Origin: Candidatus Portiera aleyrodidarum
GTDB lineage: Bacteria; Pseudomonadota; Gammaproteobacteria; Johnevansiales; Johnevansiaceae
Assembly: GCF_000953295.1 (NCBI RefSeq)
Contig: NZ_LN649255.1
Coordinates: forward strand, 30,001 to 62,000
DNA length: 32,000 nt
Direction: 5' to 3'
Below are positions 8,863-17,334 of the stretch, one piece after another. The translations under genes were made by a program, and so were the position numbers. The notes beneath the pieces were generated by a model. The model worked only from the letters and a program-made list of their open reading frames with translations. It was not told where the DNA came from and did no database searches. How positions within the stretch are numbered: position 1 is the stretch's first letter; every line of letters begins with the position of its first letter.

Positions 8863-10506
8863 CTTTGTTTTAGGTAATAAAAATAATAAAATTTTATTCC
8901 AGATACGTGAAAAAAAATTATTAGATGAATTTACAGATGGAAGTTTATTTACAACTGCTGCTTTTTCTGTACGTATAATAAATTTATTTTCTATATAATT
9001 ATTTTTTTCTAAATTCTTACTATATTTTTCTCCATAAAGTTGATCTTCACGTAATCTTTCGACTGCAAAATGAGGAGTATCCATCTCAGGTTCTGGTATA
9101 ATTATAATTTTTACATCTTGTCTTAATTCTAGATTAACTATAAGATTTCTTTTTTCATTTAATAAATAAGTAGCGACTTCGACTGGTAAAACAGCTCTAA
9201 TTTTATAACTCTTATTTTTCATAGATTCTTCTTCTATTAAACGTAAAATAGAAAGAGATAAAGAACTTACATCCCGGATTGTGCCTTGGCCATTACATCT
9301 TGGGCATACTATACCACTAGTTTCACGTAAAGATGGCCTTATTCGTTGTCGAGACATTTCCAATAAACCAAATCTTGAAATACGACCTAATTGAAGACGA
9401 GCACGATCAAGTTTAAGAGATTCACGAAGTCGATTTTCGACTTCTCTTTGATTTTTAGTTAAAGACATATCAATAAAATCAATTACTAATAAACCACCAA
9501 TATCACGGAATCTCAATTGTCTACCGATTTCATCAGCTGCTTCTAAATTTGTTTGCAAAGCTGTTTCTTCTATATCATATCCTCTAGTTGCTCGTGCTGA
9601 ATTAATATCAATTGATACCAAAGCTTCTGTAGTATCAATAAAAATTGAACCACCGGATGGTAATTTAACTTCTCTTTGATAAGCAGTTGCAATTTGAGAT
9701 TCAATTTTAAATCTAGTAAAAAGTGGTATTTCATCTTTATAAAGTTTAATTTTTTTTTGATAATTAGGCATAACCTGTTTAATAAAATTAAGTGCATCAT
9801 TATAAATATCTTCACTATCTATTATTACCTCACCTATATCTTGTCTTAAATAATCACGCATTCCACGAATAATAACATTAGATTCTCTATATATTAAAAA
9901 TGGAGCATATCGTTTATTTGCTTCTTCTGTAATGGCTTCCCAAATTTGAATTAAATAATTTAAATCACATTGTAAATCTTTACTTGAGCGAGCTATTCCC
10001 GCAGTTCGCACTATTATACCCATGTTATTAGGTATAAATAATTTATTTATAGCTTCTTTTAATCTAAATCTGTCATAACCTGTAATACGTCTAGAAATAC
10101 CAACCGACCTATGATTATTAGGCATTAAAACTAAAAACCTACCTGCTAAACTAATATAAGTAGTTAATGCAGCACCTTTATTACTACGTTCTTCTTTATC
10201 AACTTGTACTATTATTTCCTGACCTTCTTTAAGTAAATTTCTAATATTATAATTACAATTACAATTATTTAATAAATATTCATTAGCAATTTCTTTTAGC
10301 GGTAAAAAACCATGTCTTTCTGCTCCAAAATCAACAAAAGCGGCTTCTAAACTTGGTTCAATTCTAACAATTTTAGCACGATATATATTAGATTTTTTTT
10401 GTTCTTTAGTACAAAATTCAATATCTAAATCATATAAAAATTGACCATCTACCAGTGCAACTCTTAATTCTTCTGGTTGGGTAGCATTAATAAGAATTCT
10501 TTTCAT
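8851..10506 (-). CDS. rne: Ribonuclease E, catalytic N-terminal half only (no degradosome scaffold)
   Basis: 551 aa. [30 protein letters not shown] is near-identical in pattern to the RNase E N-terminus. S1, DNase-I-like and Zn-link (CPRCNGQG) blocks are present. It is divergent from rluC, as in E. coli. Confidence 0.93.
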   Translation of the reverse strand: MKRILINATQPEELRVALVDGQFLYDLDIEFCTKEQKKSNIYRAKIVRIEPSLEAAFVDFGAERHGFLPLKEIANEYLLNNCNCNYNIRNLLKEGQEIIVQVDKEERSNKGAALTTYISLAGRFLVLMPNNHRSVGISRRITGYDRFRLKEAINKLFIPNNMGIIVRTAGIARSSKDLQCDLNYLIQIWEAITEEANKRYAPFLIYRESNVIIRGMRDYLRQDIGEVIIDSEDIYNDALNFIKQVMPNYQKKIKLYKDEIPLFTRFKIESQIATAYQREVKLPSGGSIFIDTTEALVSIDINSARATRGYDIEETALQTNLEAADEIGRQLRFRDIGGLLVIDFIDMSLTKNQREVENRLRESLKLDRARLQLGRISRFGLLEMSRQRIRPSLRETSGIVCPRCNGQGTIRDVSSLSLSILRLIEEESMKNKSYKIRAVLPVEVATYLLNEKRNLIVNLELRQDVKIIIIPEPEMDTPHFAVERLREDQLYGEKYSKNLEKNNYIENKFIIRTEKAAVVNKLPSVNSSNNFFSRIWNKILLFLLPKTKNNI

Positions 10507-10599
10507 TTCTAAGTTTACTTATTATCCTATTTTTTGTTAATATGTTTTTATATAAAAATATAACAGTAAAGAAATATTTAAGCAATTAAACGATAAATA

Positions 10600-11538
10600 A
10601 TGAAGAAATTAAAAAATTATAAAATAATAATTTTTAACCAATTAAATCAAAGATTAGATAATTATTTAATAAAAAATTTAAAAGGTATACCAAAAAATTT
10701 AATTTATCGCCTAATAAGAAAAGGAATTATAAAAATAAATAATAAAAAATTAAAAGCTAAAAATAAATTAAAAAGAGGTGATAAAATTAGAATTCCTATA
10801 CTATATAGTAAAATAGTAAAAAAACAAATAAATATAAATGAAAAATTAAAAAATTTTTTAATTAATAAAATTATTTATGAATCTAATGATTGGTTAATAA
10901 TTAATAAACCGTCTGGTTTTGCAGTTCATGGTGGTAATAATATTACTATTGGTTTAATTGAATTTTTAAAAAAAAATATAAAAAATATTAATTTTATTGA
11001 ATTAATTCATAGGCTTGATAAAAATACTTCAGGATGTTTATTAATAGCTAAATCTAGAAAATTTTTAATTTATATTAATTCAGCTTTTAAAAAAAAATAT
11101 ATAGAAAAATGTTATTTAGCTTTAGTAGAAGGTAATTGGCCTATAAATTATATATATATATATGCTCCAATTAATAAATATAAAATTAATATAAATGGAG
11201 AATTTTATAATATAATTAATAAATTTGGTAAACATTCATATACTTTTTTTGAAATATGTAAAATTTTTAAAGGATTTACATTAATCAAAGTTTTTCCTAT
11301 TACAGGTAGAATGCATCAAATACGCGTACATTCTGCCTTTTTAGGTCATCCTTTATTAGGAGATTCAAAATATGGAAGTCAAATTGGGAAAAAGTTTTTA
11401 AAACTAAAAAGACTGTTTTTACATTCTTATTATATTAAATTTCCAGAATTTAAAAGTGTAAAAATTATTCAACTCAAAACAAAAATTGATGAAGAACTTA
11501 AATTAGTATTAAATAGAGCAAAAAAATATATAATATAA
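10600..11538 (+). CDS. rluC: 23S rRNA pseudouridine synthase, RluA family (RluC-like)
   Basis: 312 aa. An N-terminal S4-like region is followed by the catalytic [15 protein letters not shown] and GRMHQIRVH motifs. It holds the conserved divergent position next to rne. Confidence 0.85.
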   Translation: MKKLKNYKIIIFNQLNQRLDNYLIKNLKGIPKNLIYRLIRKGIIKINNKKLKAKNKLKRGDKIRIPILYSKIVKKQININEKLKNFLINKIIYESNDWLIINKPSGFAVHGGNNITIGLIEFLKKNIKNINFIELIHRLDKNTSGCLLIAKSRKFLIYINSAFKKKYIEKCYLALVEGNWPINYIYIYAPINKYKININGEFYNIINKFGKHSYTFFEICKIFKGFTLIKVFPITGRMHQIRVHSAFLGHPLLGDSKYGSQIGKKFLKLKRLFLHSYYIKFPEFKSVKIIQLKTKIDEELKLVLNRAKKYII

Positions 11539-11563
11539 TATTATTTATAAAAAGGAAATTATA

Positions 11564-11728
11564 ATGGCTGTTCAAAAAAATAAAAAAACTCGTTCAAAAA
11601 GAGGAAAGCGGCGTTCACATTCCGCATTATTATTACCTACTTTAAATAAAGAAAAAATAACTGGTACTATACATCGCCGACATTATATTTCATCAGATGG
11701 ATATTATAGAGGTAAAAAAATATTTTAA
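11564..11728 (+). CDS. rpmF: 50S ribosomal protein L32 (not in the supplied ORF track; 54 aa)
   Basis: My translation is [54 protein letters not shown]. It matches the L32 pattern MAVQQNK.TRSKRG.RRSH......G..H..H.....GYYRG. An AGGAAA lies upstream of the ATG. Confidence 0.92.
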   Translation: MAVQKNKKTRSKRGKRRSHSALLLPTLNKEKITGTIHRRHYISSDGYYRGKKIF

Positions 11729-11749
11729 ATTAGAAATCAGGTATTTTTT

Positions 11750-11986
11750 ATGTATAAGTTAGAAAAAAAAATTAAATTAATAGTATCAAAAAAATTAAAT
11801 ATAAATCCTAATATTATAAAAAAAAATTCTTTTTTTATTGAAGAATTAGGTGCAGATTCACTTGATATAATTGAATTAGTAATGGCTTTAGAAGAAGAAT
11901 TTAATATTGAAATAACTGATGAAGAATCAAAAAATATAAAAAATATTAAAGATATTATTAATTACATAAAAAAATATAATGAATAA
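11750..11986 (+). CDS. acpP: Acyl carrier protein
   Basis: 78 aa. LGADSLDIIELVMALEEEFNIEI contains the phosphopantetheine-attachment DSL motif. Confidence 0.95.
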   Translation: MYKLEKKIKLIVSKKLNINPNIIKKNSFFIEELGADSLDIIELVMALEEEFNIEITDEESKNIKNIKDIINYIKKYNE

Positions 11987-12977
11987 AAAAAATATATTTT
12001 TACCTTTACCTTGGCATAAAAATAAATTAAAAAAAATTTTATTTTTAATAAAAAAAAAAATTAGTCCACATGCTTTATTATTATTAGGGCAAAAAGGTAT
12101 TGGAAAAAATAAGTTTGCTAAAATATTAATATCAATTATAGTGTGTTCTAATTTTAATAATAAATATAAAATAAGTAATTCTAGTTGTGGAAATTGTAAT
12201 AAATGCTTAATGTGGATTAATGGATATCATCCTAATGTTAGAAAATATACAATTAAAATAAATATTGATTCAATAAGAATTCTTAATAAATTTATTGAAA
12301 AAACATCGCAATATGATAGTTATCGTATTATTTTTATTAAAAATGCAAATTATATGACAATTGAAGCAGCTAATGCGTTATTAAAAAATCTTGAAGAACC
12401 AGGGGAACGTATTTTATTTATATTAACTTCTAATTTTTTATTATTACCTACTATTAAAAGTAGATGTTGTAAAATTTTTTTTAAACCTATATATAAAAAA
12501 AAATTTTTAGTTTGGATAGCTTCACATATATATTATTCAGCAGAATCAAATATATTTTTAAATTTAACATGTAATAATCCTTTATTAGCTACTAATATAA
12601 ATTATATTTTAAAATTAAGACAAATAATAAATATTATTTTTTTTAATTTAATTAATGGTTCAGAACCTCTTAATGAAATAAAAAAAATAAATATAAAATA
12701 TATTAATTTAATTTTTGATTTTGGTATAATTTTTATTGAAGATATAATCAGGTTATTATCTGGTATTAAGAATATAAAAAATTATGATAATATATCATTA
12801 TATATAATATTAATAAAAAAAAATATATTATTAAATAATTGGTTTAAGTTATTAAATATAACTTATAAAAAACGGAAAATATTTATTAACAATAAAAATA
12901 TTAATAAGAAATTATTATTAGAAACATGGTTTATTAAAATAACTAATTTTTTATTTAATAAAGTTTATAAGGAATAG
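11979..12977 (+). CDS. holB: DNA polymerase III subunit delta'
   Basis: 332 aa. Contains LPWHK, P-loop-like GQKGIGKNKFA, the Zn module CGNCNKCLMWINGYHPNV, and SRC (LPTIKSRC). Its start overlaps the acpP 3' end by 8 nt. Confidence 0.8.
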   Translation: MNKKNIFLPLPWHKNKLKKILFLIKKKISPHALLLLGQKGIGKNKFAKILISIIVCSNFNNKYKISNSSCGNCNKCLMWINGYHPNVRKYTIKINIDSIRILNKFIEKTSQYDSYRIIFIKNANYMTIEAANALLKNLEEPGERILFILTSNFLLLPTIKSRCCKIFFKPIYKKKFLVWIASHIYYSAESNIFLNLTCNNPLLATNINYILKLRQIINIIFFNLINGSEPLNEIKKINIKYINLIFDFGIIFIEDIIRLLSGIKNIKNYDNISLYIILIKKNILLNNWFKLLNITYKKRKIFINNKNINKKLLLETWFIKITNFLFNKVYKE

Positions 12978-12979
12978 TT

Positions 12980-14074
12980 TTGAAGAAATTTAAATATTAT
13001 ATATTAATAATTTTATTTAGTATCATTACTATTAATATTTATGCTTCATCATCTTCTGAATATAAAGAAAATATTAATTTTCCAAATTTTACAAAAATTG
13101 TAAAAAATTCATCTACATCAGTAGTAAATATTTCTACAATAAAAAAATCATTATATTCTATAAATATTTTACCTGAAAAAAAAATACCTGAAATTTTTAA
13201 AAAATTTTTTGGGAATAGAAATATTGGATATATATCTAATAATAATGAAGTTTATTCTATAGGTACAGGATTTATAATTAGTGATGATGGATATATTTTA
13301 ACAAATGCTCATGTAGTAAATAATTCTGATAAAATTATTGTAAAATTAAAAAATAAAACAGATAATAAAACAGATAATAAAACAGATTATATTGCTAGAT
13401 TAATTGGAATAGATAATAAAACTGATATTGCTTTAATAAAAATTAAAGTACAATATTTACCCGTAATAAATCTAGGGAATTCTGATGAGATCCAAGTTGG
13501 AGAATGGGTTGCAGCTATTGGTTCACCTTTTGGTTTTGATCAAACTATTACTTCAGGAATAGTTAGCGCTCTAAATAGAACATTACCAAATGATATATAT
13601 GTTCCTTTTATTCAAACAGATGTAGCGATAAATCCTGGAAATTCAGGTGGACCTTTACTTAATATACAAGGGAAAGTTATTGGTATAAATTCACAAATAA
13701 TAACAAGAAGTGGGGGCTTTATGGGATTATCTTTTTCTATACCAATAAATATTGCAATGAAGATAGCAAATCAAATAAAAATTTATGGTAAAGTCCATAG
13801 AGGGTGGTTAGGAATAAAAATTAAACCTTTATTTGATAATGAAAATTTTAAAAATAATATATGTGGAATTTTAATATATAAAATATTATTTAATAATGAG
13901 AGTATTAAACCTGGTGATATTATAATTTCGGTTAATGGAAAAAAAATAAAAAGTTATAAAATATTAACTCAAATAGTTAATAATATTATTCCAGGACAAA
14001 AAATAATGTTAAAGATTTTAAGGAATGGTAAATATAAAAATATTAAAATTAAAGTTTGTGAAGTTACTAATTAA
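12980..14074 (+). CDS. Periplasmic serine endoprotease, HtrA/DegQ/MucD family (single PDZ)
   Basis: 364 aa from a TTG start. It has a signal-peptide-like N-terminus (ILIILFSIITINIYASS). The catalytic triad context is TNAHVV, DIALIKI, GNSGGPL. The C-terminal PDZ-like segment contains GDIIISVNGKKI. Confidence 0.87.
   Translation: MKKFKYYILIILFSIITINIYASSSSEYKENINFPNFTKIVKNSSTSVVNISTIKKSLYSINILPEKKIPEIFKKFFGNRNIGYISNNNEVYSIGTGFIISDDGYILTNAHVVNNSDKIIVKLKNKTDNKTDNKTDYIARLIGIDNKTDIALIKIKVQYLPVINLGNSDEIQVGEWVAAIGSPFGFDQTITSGIVSALNRTLPNDIYVPFIQTDVAINPGNSGGPLLNIQGKVIGINSQIITRSGGFMGLSFSIPINIAMKIANQIKIYGKVHRGWLGIKIKPLFDNENFKNNICGILIYKILFNNESIKPGDIIISVNGKKIKSYKILTQIVNNIIPGQKIMLKILRNGKYKNIKIKVCEVTN
13352..13387 (+). 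repeat. In-frame 12-nt tandem repeat x3 inside the protease gene
   Basis: The period-12 unit (AATAAAACAGAT register) occurs three times without mismatch. It encodes (NKTD)x3 between the catalytic His and Asp. Confidence 0.9.
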
Positions 14075-14092
14075 AAACTAATAGGAATTAAT

Positions 14093-15763
14093 ATGTTTTA
14101 TAATTTTGATCATAGAAAATATTGTTATTTAGATATGTTTCCTAAAATAAAAAAAAGAAATTGGACTAATAAAAAAATAAATAAAGCACCAATTTGGGTT
14201 AGTGAGGATTTAAGAGATGGTAATCAGTCTATAATAGAACCAATGAATGTTGAACAAAAAAAAAACTTATGGACATTATTAATTAATATTGGAATAAAAG
14301 AAATCATGGTAGGATTTCCTTCTGCTTGCAAAGCTGATTTTGATTTTGTAAGATGGCTAATTAGAAATAAACAAATTCCAGAAGATGTTACAATTGCTGT
14401 TTTAGTACAAGCAAGAAAACATTTAATTAAACGTACTTTTGAGTCACTTATTGGAATAAATAAAGCTATTATTCATTTTTATAATTCAACTTCTCCTATA
14501 CAAAGAGATCGTGTGTTTAAAACAAATAAAGAAGGTATTATCTCAATAGCAGCAGAAGGAGCAAATTATATTTTAGAAGAAACTAAAAAATATCCAGAAG
14601 TATCTTGGATACTAGAATATACACCAGAAAGTTTTTCTAGTACGGAAATTGATTTTTCTTTAAATATATGTGAAGTAGTACTTGAAATTTGGGGTCAAAA
14701 TATAAAGACTTTAAATAAAGTTATATTAAATTTACCAACTACTGTAGATATTGCAGGACCACACGTTTATGCAGATCAAATAGAATTTTTTTGTAAAAAT
14801 ATAAGTAAAAGAGATAAAGTTATAATATCAATTCATACACATAATGACAGAGGATCAGCTGTTTCTGCAGCTGAATTAGCCATTTTAGCAGGAGCTGAAC
14901 GTGTAGAAGGTACTTTATTAGGTAATGGGGAACGGACAGGAAATATGGATTTAATTACATTTGCTATGAATTTATATAGTCAAGGAGTAGATCCTAAAAT
15001 TGATTTATCATGTCCAGAAGATCTAATAAAAATTGTTGCTTCATGTACCAAAATACCTATTCATCCGCGTCATCCTTGGATAGGTGAATTAGTATATACA
15101 GCATTTTCTGGGAGTCACCAAGATGCTATACGTAAATCTTTAAAAAAACAAAAAACAAATGAAATATGGAAAGTAGCTTATTTACCTATTGATCCACAAG
15201 ATCTTGGACGTAATTATAAATCTGTAGTTAGGCTTAATAGTCAATCAGGGAAAAGTGGAATGGCTTTTTTACTTGAAAGAGATTATAAAATTAAATTACC
15301 ACGTTGGATGATGATTGAGTTAGCACCTTTAGTACAAAAAGAAAGTGATAAAAATATGTTAGAATTATCTAGTTCTGATGTATACCAGATATTAAAAAAT
15401 AACTTTTTTTTAGAAAACCCATTTAATTTATTTAAATATATTTTTAATATAACTAAAACTAGTTTTAAAATATATATTAATAATATTAATAAAATTATTT
15501 ATTTAAAAAATAAAAATATAAAAGATAAAAATATTATTTTAAAGTTTCTAACTAATTGGAATCTTCATTCCATGAAATTAAGAAAAATTTATATACAAAA
15601 AATTAATAATTATTATATCGCTTTTATAAATATAATTATTAATGAAAAACAATTAAGTGGTATAGCGATAGATATAGATAAATTTTCAGTTTTTTTAAAA
15701 TCAATTTTATCAGCTATAAATAAATATTATTTATTAGCCCGTAGTTATTTTCTATCGGGCTAA
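14093..15763 (+). CDS. leuA: 2-isopropylmalate synthase (long, LeuA type with N-terminal extension)
   Basis: 556 aa. Contains DLRDGNQS, HTHNDRGSAVSAAELAILAGAERVEGTLLGNGERTGN and FSGSHQDAI. The C-terminal roughly 120 aa are very N/K/I-rich. Confidence 0.93.
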   Translation: MFYNFDHRKYCYLDMFPKIKKRNWTNKKINKAPIWVSEDLRDGNQSIIEPMNVEQKKNLWTLLINIGIKEIMVGFPSACKADFDFVRWLIRNKQIPEDVTIAVLVQARKHLIKRTFESLIGINKAIIHFYNSTSPIQRDRVFKTNKEGIISIAAEGANYILEETKKYPEVSWILEYTPESFSSTEIDFSLNICEVVLEIWGQNIKTLNKVILNLPTTVDIAGPHVYADQIEFFCKNISKRDKVIISIHTHNDRGSAVSAAELAILAGAERVEGTLLGNGERTGNMDLITFAMNLYSQGVDPKIDLSCPEDLIKIVASCTKIPIHPRHPWIGELVYTAFSGSHQDAIRKSLKKQKTNEIWKVAYLPIDPQDLGRNYKSVVRLNSQSGKSGMAFLLERDYKIKLPRWMMIELAPLVQKESDKNMLELSSSDVYQILKNNFFLENPFNLFKYIFNITKTSFKIYINNINKIIYLKNKNIKDKNIILKFLTNWNLHSMKLRKIYIQKINNYYIAFINIIINEKQLSGIAIDIDKFSVFLKSILSAINKYYLLARSYFLSG

Positions 15764-15784
15764 TAAAAAAACTTTATTAGCCCG
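15756..15784. terminator. Perfect 12-bp-stem hairpin between convergent leuA and cspA; probable bidirectional terminator or RNA-stability element
   Basis: CGGGCTAATAAA-AAAAC-TTTATTAGCCCG. Its left arm overlaps the leuA stop codon. It is the only GC-cored palindrome I found in an intergenic position in this window. No canonical U-tract follows on either strand, so confidence is only moderate. Confidence 0.4.
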
Positions 15785-15805
15785 TAGTATCCTGTATAAA
15801 AAACT

Positions 15806-16012
15806 TTAACTAATTACTTTTATAGAAGCAGCTTGAAGTCCTTTTTTTCCTTGAGTAACTTCAAATGATACTTTTTGACCATCTTGAAGTGATTTAAAAC
15901 CATCTGCTTGTATTTCAGAAAAATGAGCAAATAAATCGCCACCTCCATCATCTGGAGATATAAAACCATAGCCTTTAGTATCGTTAAACCACTTGACAGT
16001 ACCAGTTGCCAT
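15806..16012 (-). CDS. cspA: Cold-shock protein, CspA family
   Basis: 68 aa. [34 protein letters not shown] contains the RNP1 (KGYGFI) and RNP2 (LFAHF) motifs. Confidence 0.94.
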   Translation of the reverse strand: MATGTVKWFNDTKGYGFISPDDGGGDLFAHFSEIQADGFKSLQDGQKVSFEVTQGKKGLQAASIKVIS

Positions 16013-16245
16013 TTATATTTCCTTACATACCTAAAATATTAAAGATATAGCTCAAGCTGCTATTATTTAGAATTTAATTCCGATCTAAAGTTGCAAACTA
16101 AAGCTGTTAATAATTAATAATTATAAGAATTATATTATATATAAGTCAATAGTATTAAAAGATATTATTTGATAATGTTTATTATTTTATTTGTGATAAA
16201 ATATATTTTATTAAAGCAAAAAAAATTTAAATAAGGTAAATATTT

Positions 16246-17334
16246 ATGTCAGGTAATACCTTTGGAAAGTTATTTACAGTAACGACATTTGGGGAAAGTC
16301 ATGGACCTGCATTGGGAGCCATTATAGATGGATGCCCCCCAGGTATAGAAATAAGTGAAGATTATATTCAAAAAAATTTAAATATTAGAAAACCAGGAGT
16401 TTCTAAATATACAACTAAACGACGGGAACCAGATAAAGTTAAAATATTATCAGGTGTTTTTAAAGGAATTACTACAGGCACACCAATTGGATTATTAATA
16501 GAAAATATTGATCAACGTTCTAAAGATTATAAGAAAATAAAAAACAAATTTCGTCCTTCTCACGCAGATTATACATACCAGAAAAAATATGGTATTAGAG
16601 ATTATAGAGGGGGGGGCAGATCTAGTGCCAGAGAGACTGTAATGCGGGTTGCGTCAGGTGCTATCGCAAAAAAATATCTTAGGAAATTTAATATTTTTAT
16701 ACGTGGTTATATGAGTCAAATAGGAAAACTTAAATTACCTTTTGTTAGTTGGGATGTAGTATATAAAAATCCTTTTTTTTGCGCAGATCCAAATAAAATA
16801 ATTTATTTAGAAAAATATATGCAAACTTTACAACGTGATAAAGATTCTATTGGGGCTAAAATTACAATAATTGCTGAGGGTGTACCAATCGGGCTGGGTG
16901 AACCAATTTTTGATAAATTAGATGCAGATTTATCTCATGCATTGATGAGCATTAACGCAGTAAAAGGTATAGAAATAGGTTCAGGTTTTTTATCAGTAAA
17001 TCAAAGGGGTAGTGAACATAGAGATGAAATTAAAGAGAAAAAATTTATTTCTAATAATTCAGGAGGTATATTAGGAGGAATTTCTAACGGGCAAACTTTG
17101 ATTATAAATTTATGTCTGAAACCAACTTCGAGTATAACTATACCAGGAAAGACTATTGATATTTATGGAAATGCAATTGAATTAATAACTGAAGGTAGGC
17201 ATGATCCTTGTGTAGGTATTAGAGCAATCCCTATTGCAGAATCAATGGTTGCATTAACTTTAATTGATCATTTTTTAAGAAATCGTGCTCAAAATTTTGA
17301 TGTAAAAGTTAAAAATATAATAGGAGTAAAATAA
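16246..17334 (+). CDS. aroC: Chorismate synthase
   Basis: 362 aa. Contains [28 protein letters not shown] and GRHDPCV blocks. Confidence 0.97.
   Translation: MSGNTFGKLFTVTTFGESHGPALGAIIDGCPPGIEISEDYIQKNLNIRKPGVSKYTTKRREPDKVKILSGVFKGITTGTPIGLLIENIDQRSKDYKKIKNKFRPSHADYTYQKKYGIRDYRGGGRSSARETVMRVASGAIAKKYLRKFNIFIRGYMSQIGKLKLPFVSWDVVYKNPFFCADPNKIIYLEKYMQTLQRDKDSIGAKITIIAEGVPIGLGEPIFDKLDADLSHALMSINAVKGIEIGSGFLSVNQRGSEHRDEIKEKKFISNNSGGILGGISNGQTLIINLCLKPTSSITIPGKTIDIYGNAIELITEGRHDPCVGIRAIPIAESMVALTLIDHFLRNRAQNFDVKVKNIIGVK

Noticed and set aside
9570-9815. 81-aa minus-strand ORF in an alternative frame
   Set aside because: It lies on the same strand as rne but out of frame with its strongly conserved catalytic core. 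It has no start context or motif.
13352-13387. Possible CRISPR or other repeat array
   Set aside because: There are only three contiguous 12-nt units with no spacers, in frame inside a protease gene. It is a coding microsatellite, not a CRISPR array. No cas genes are present in the window.
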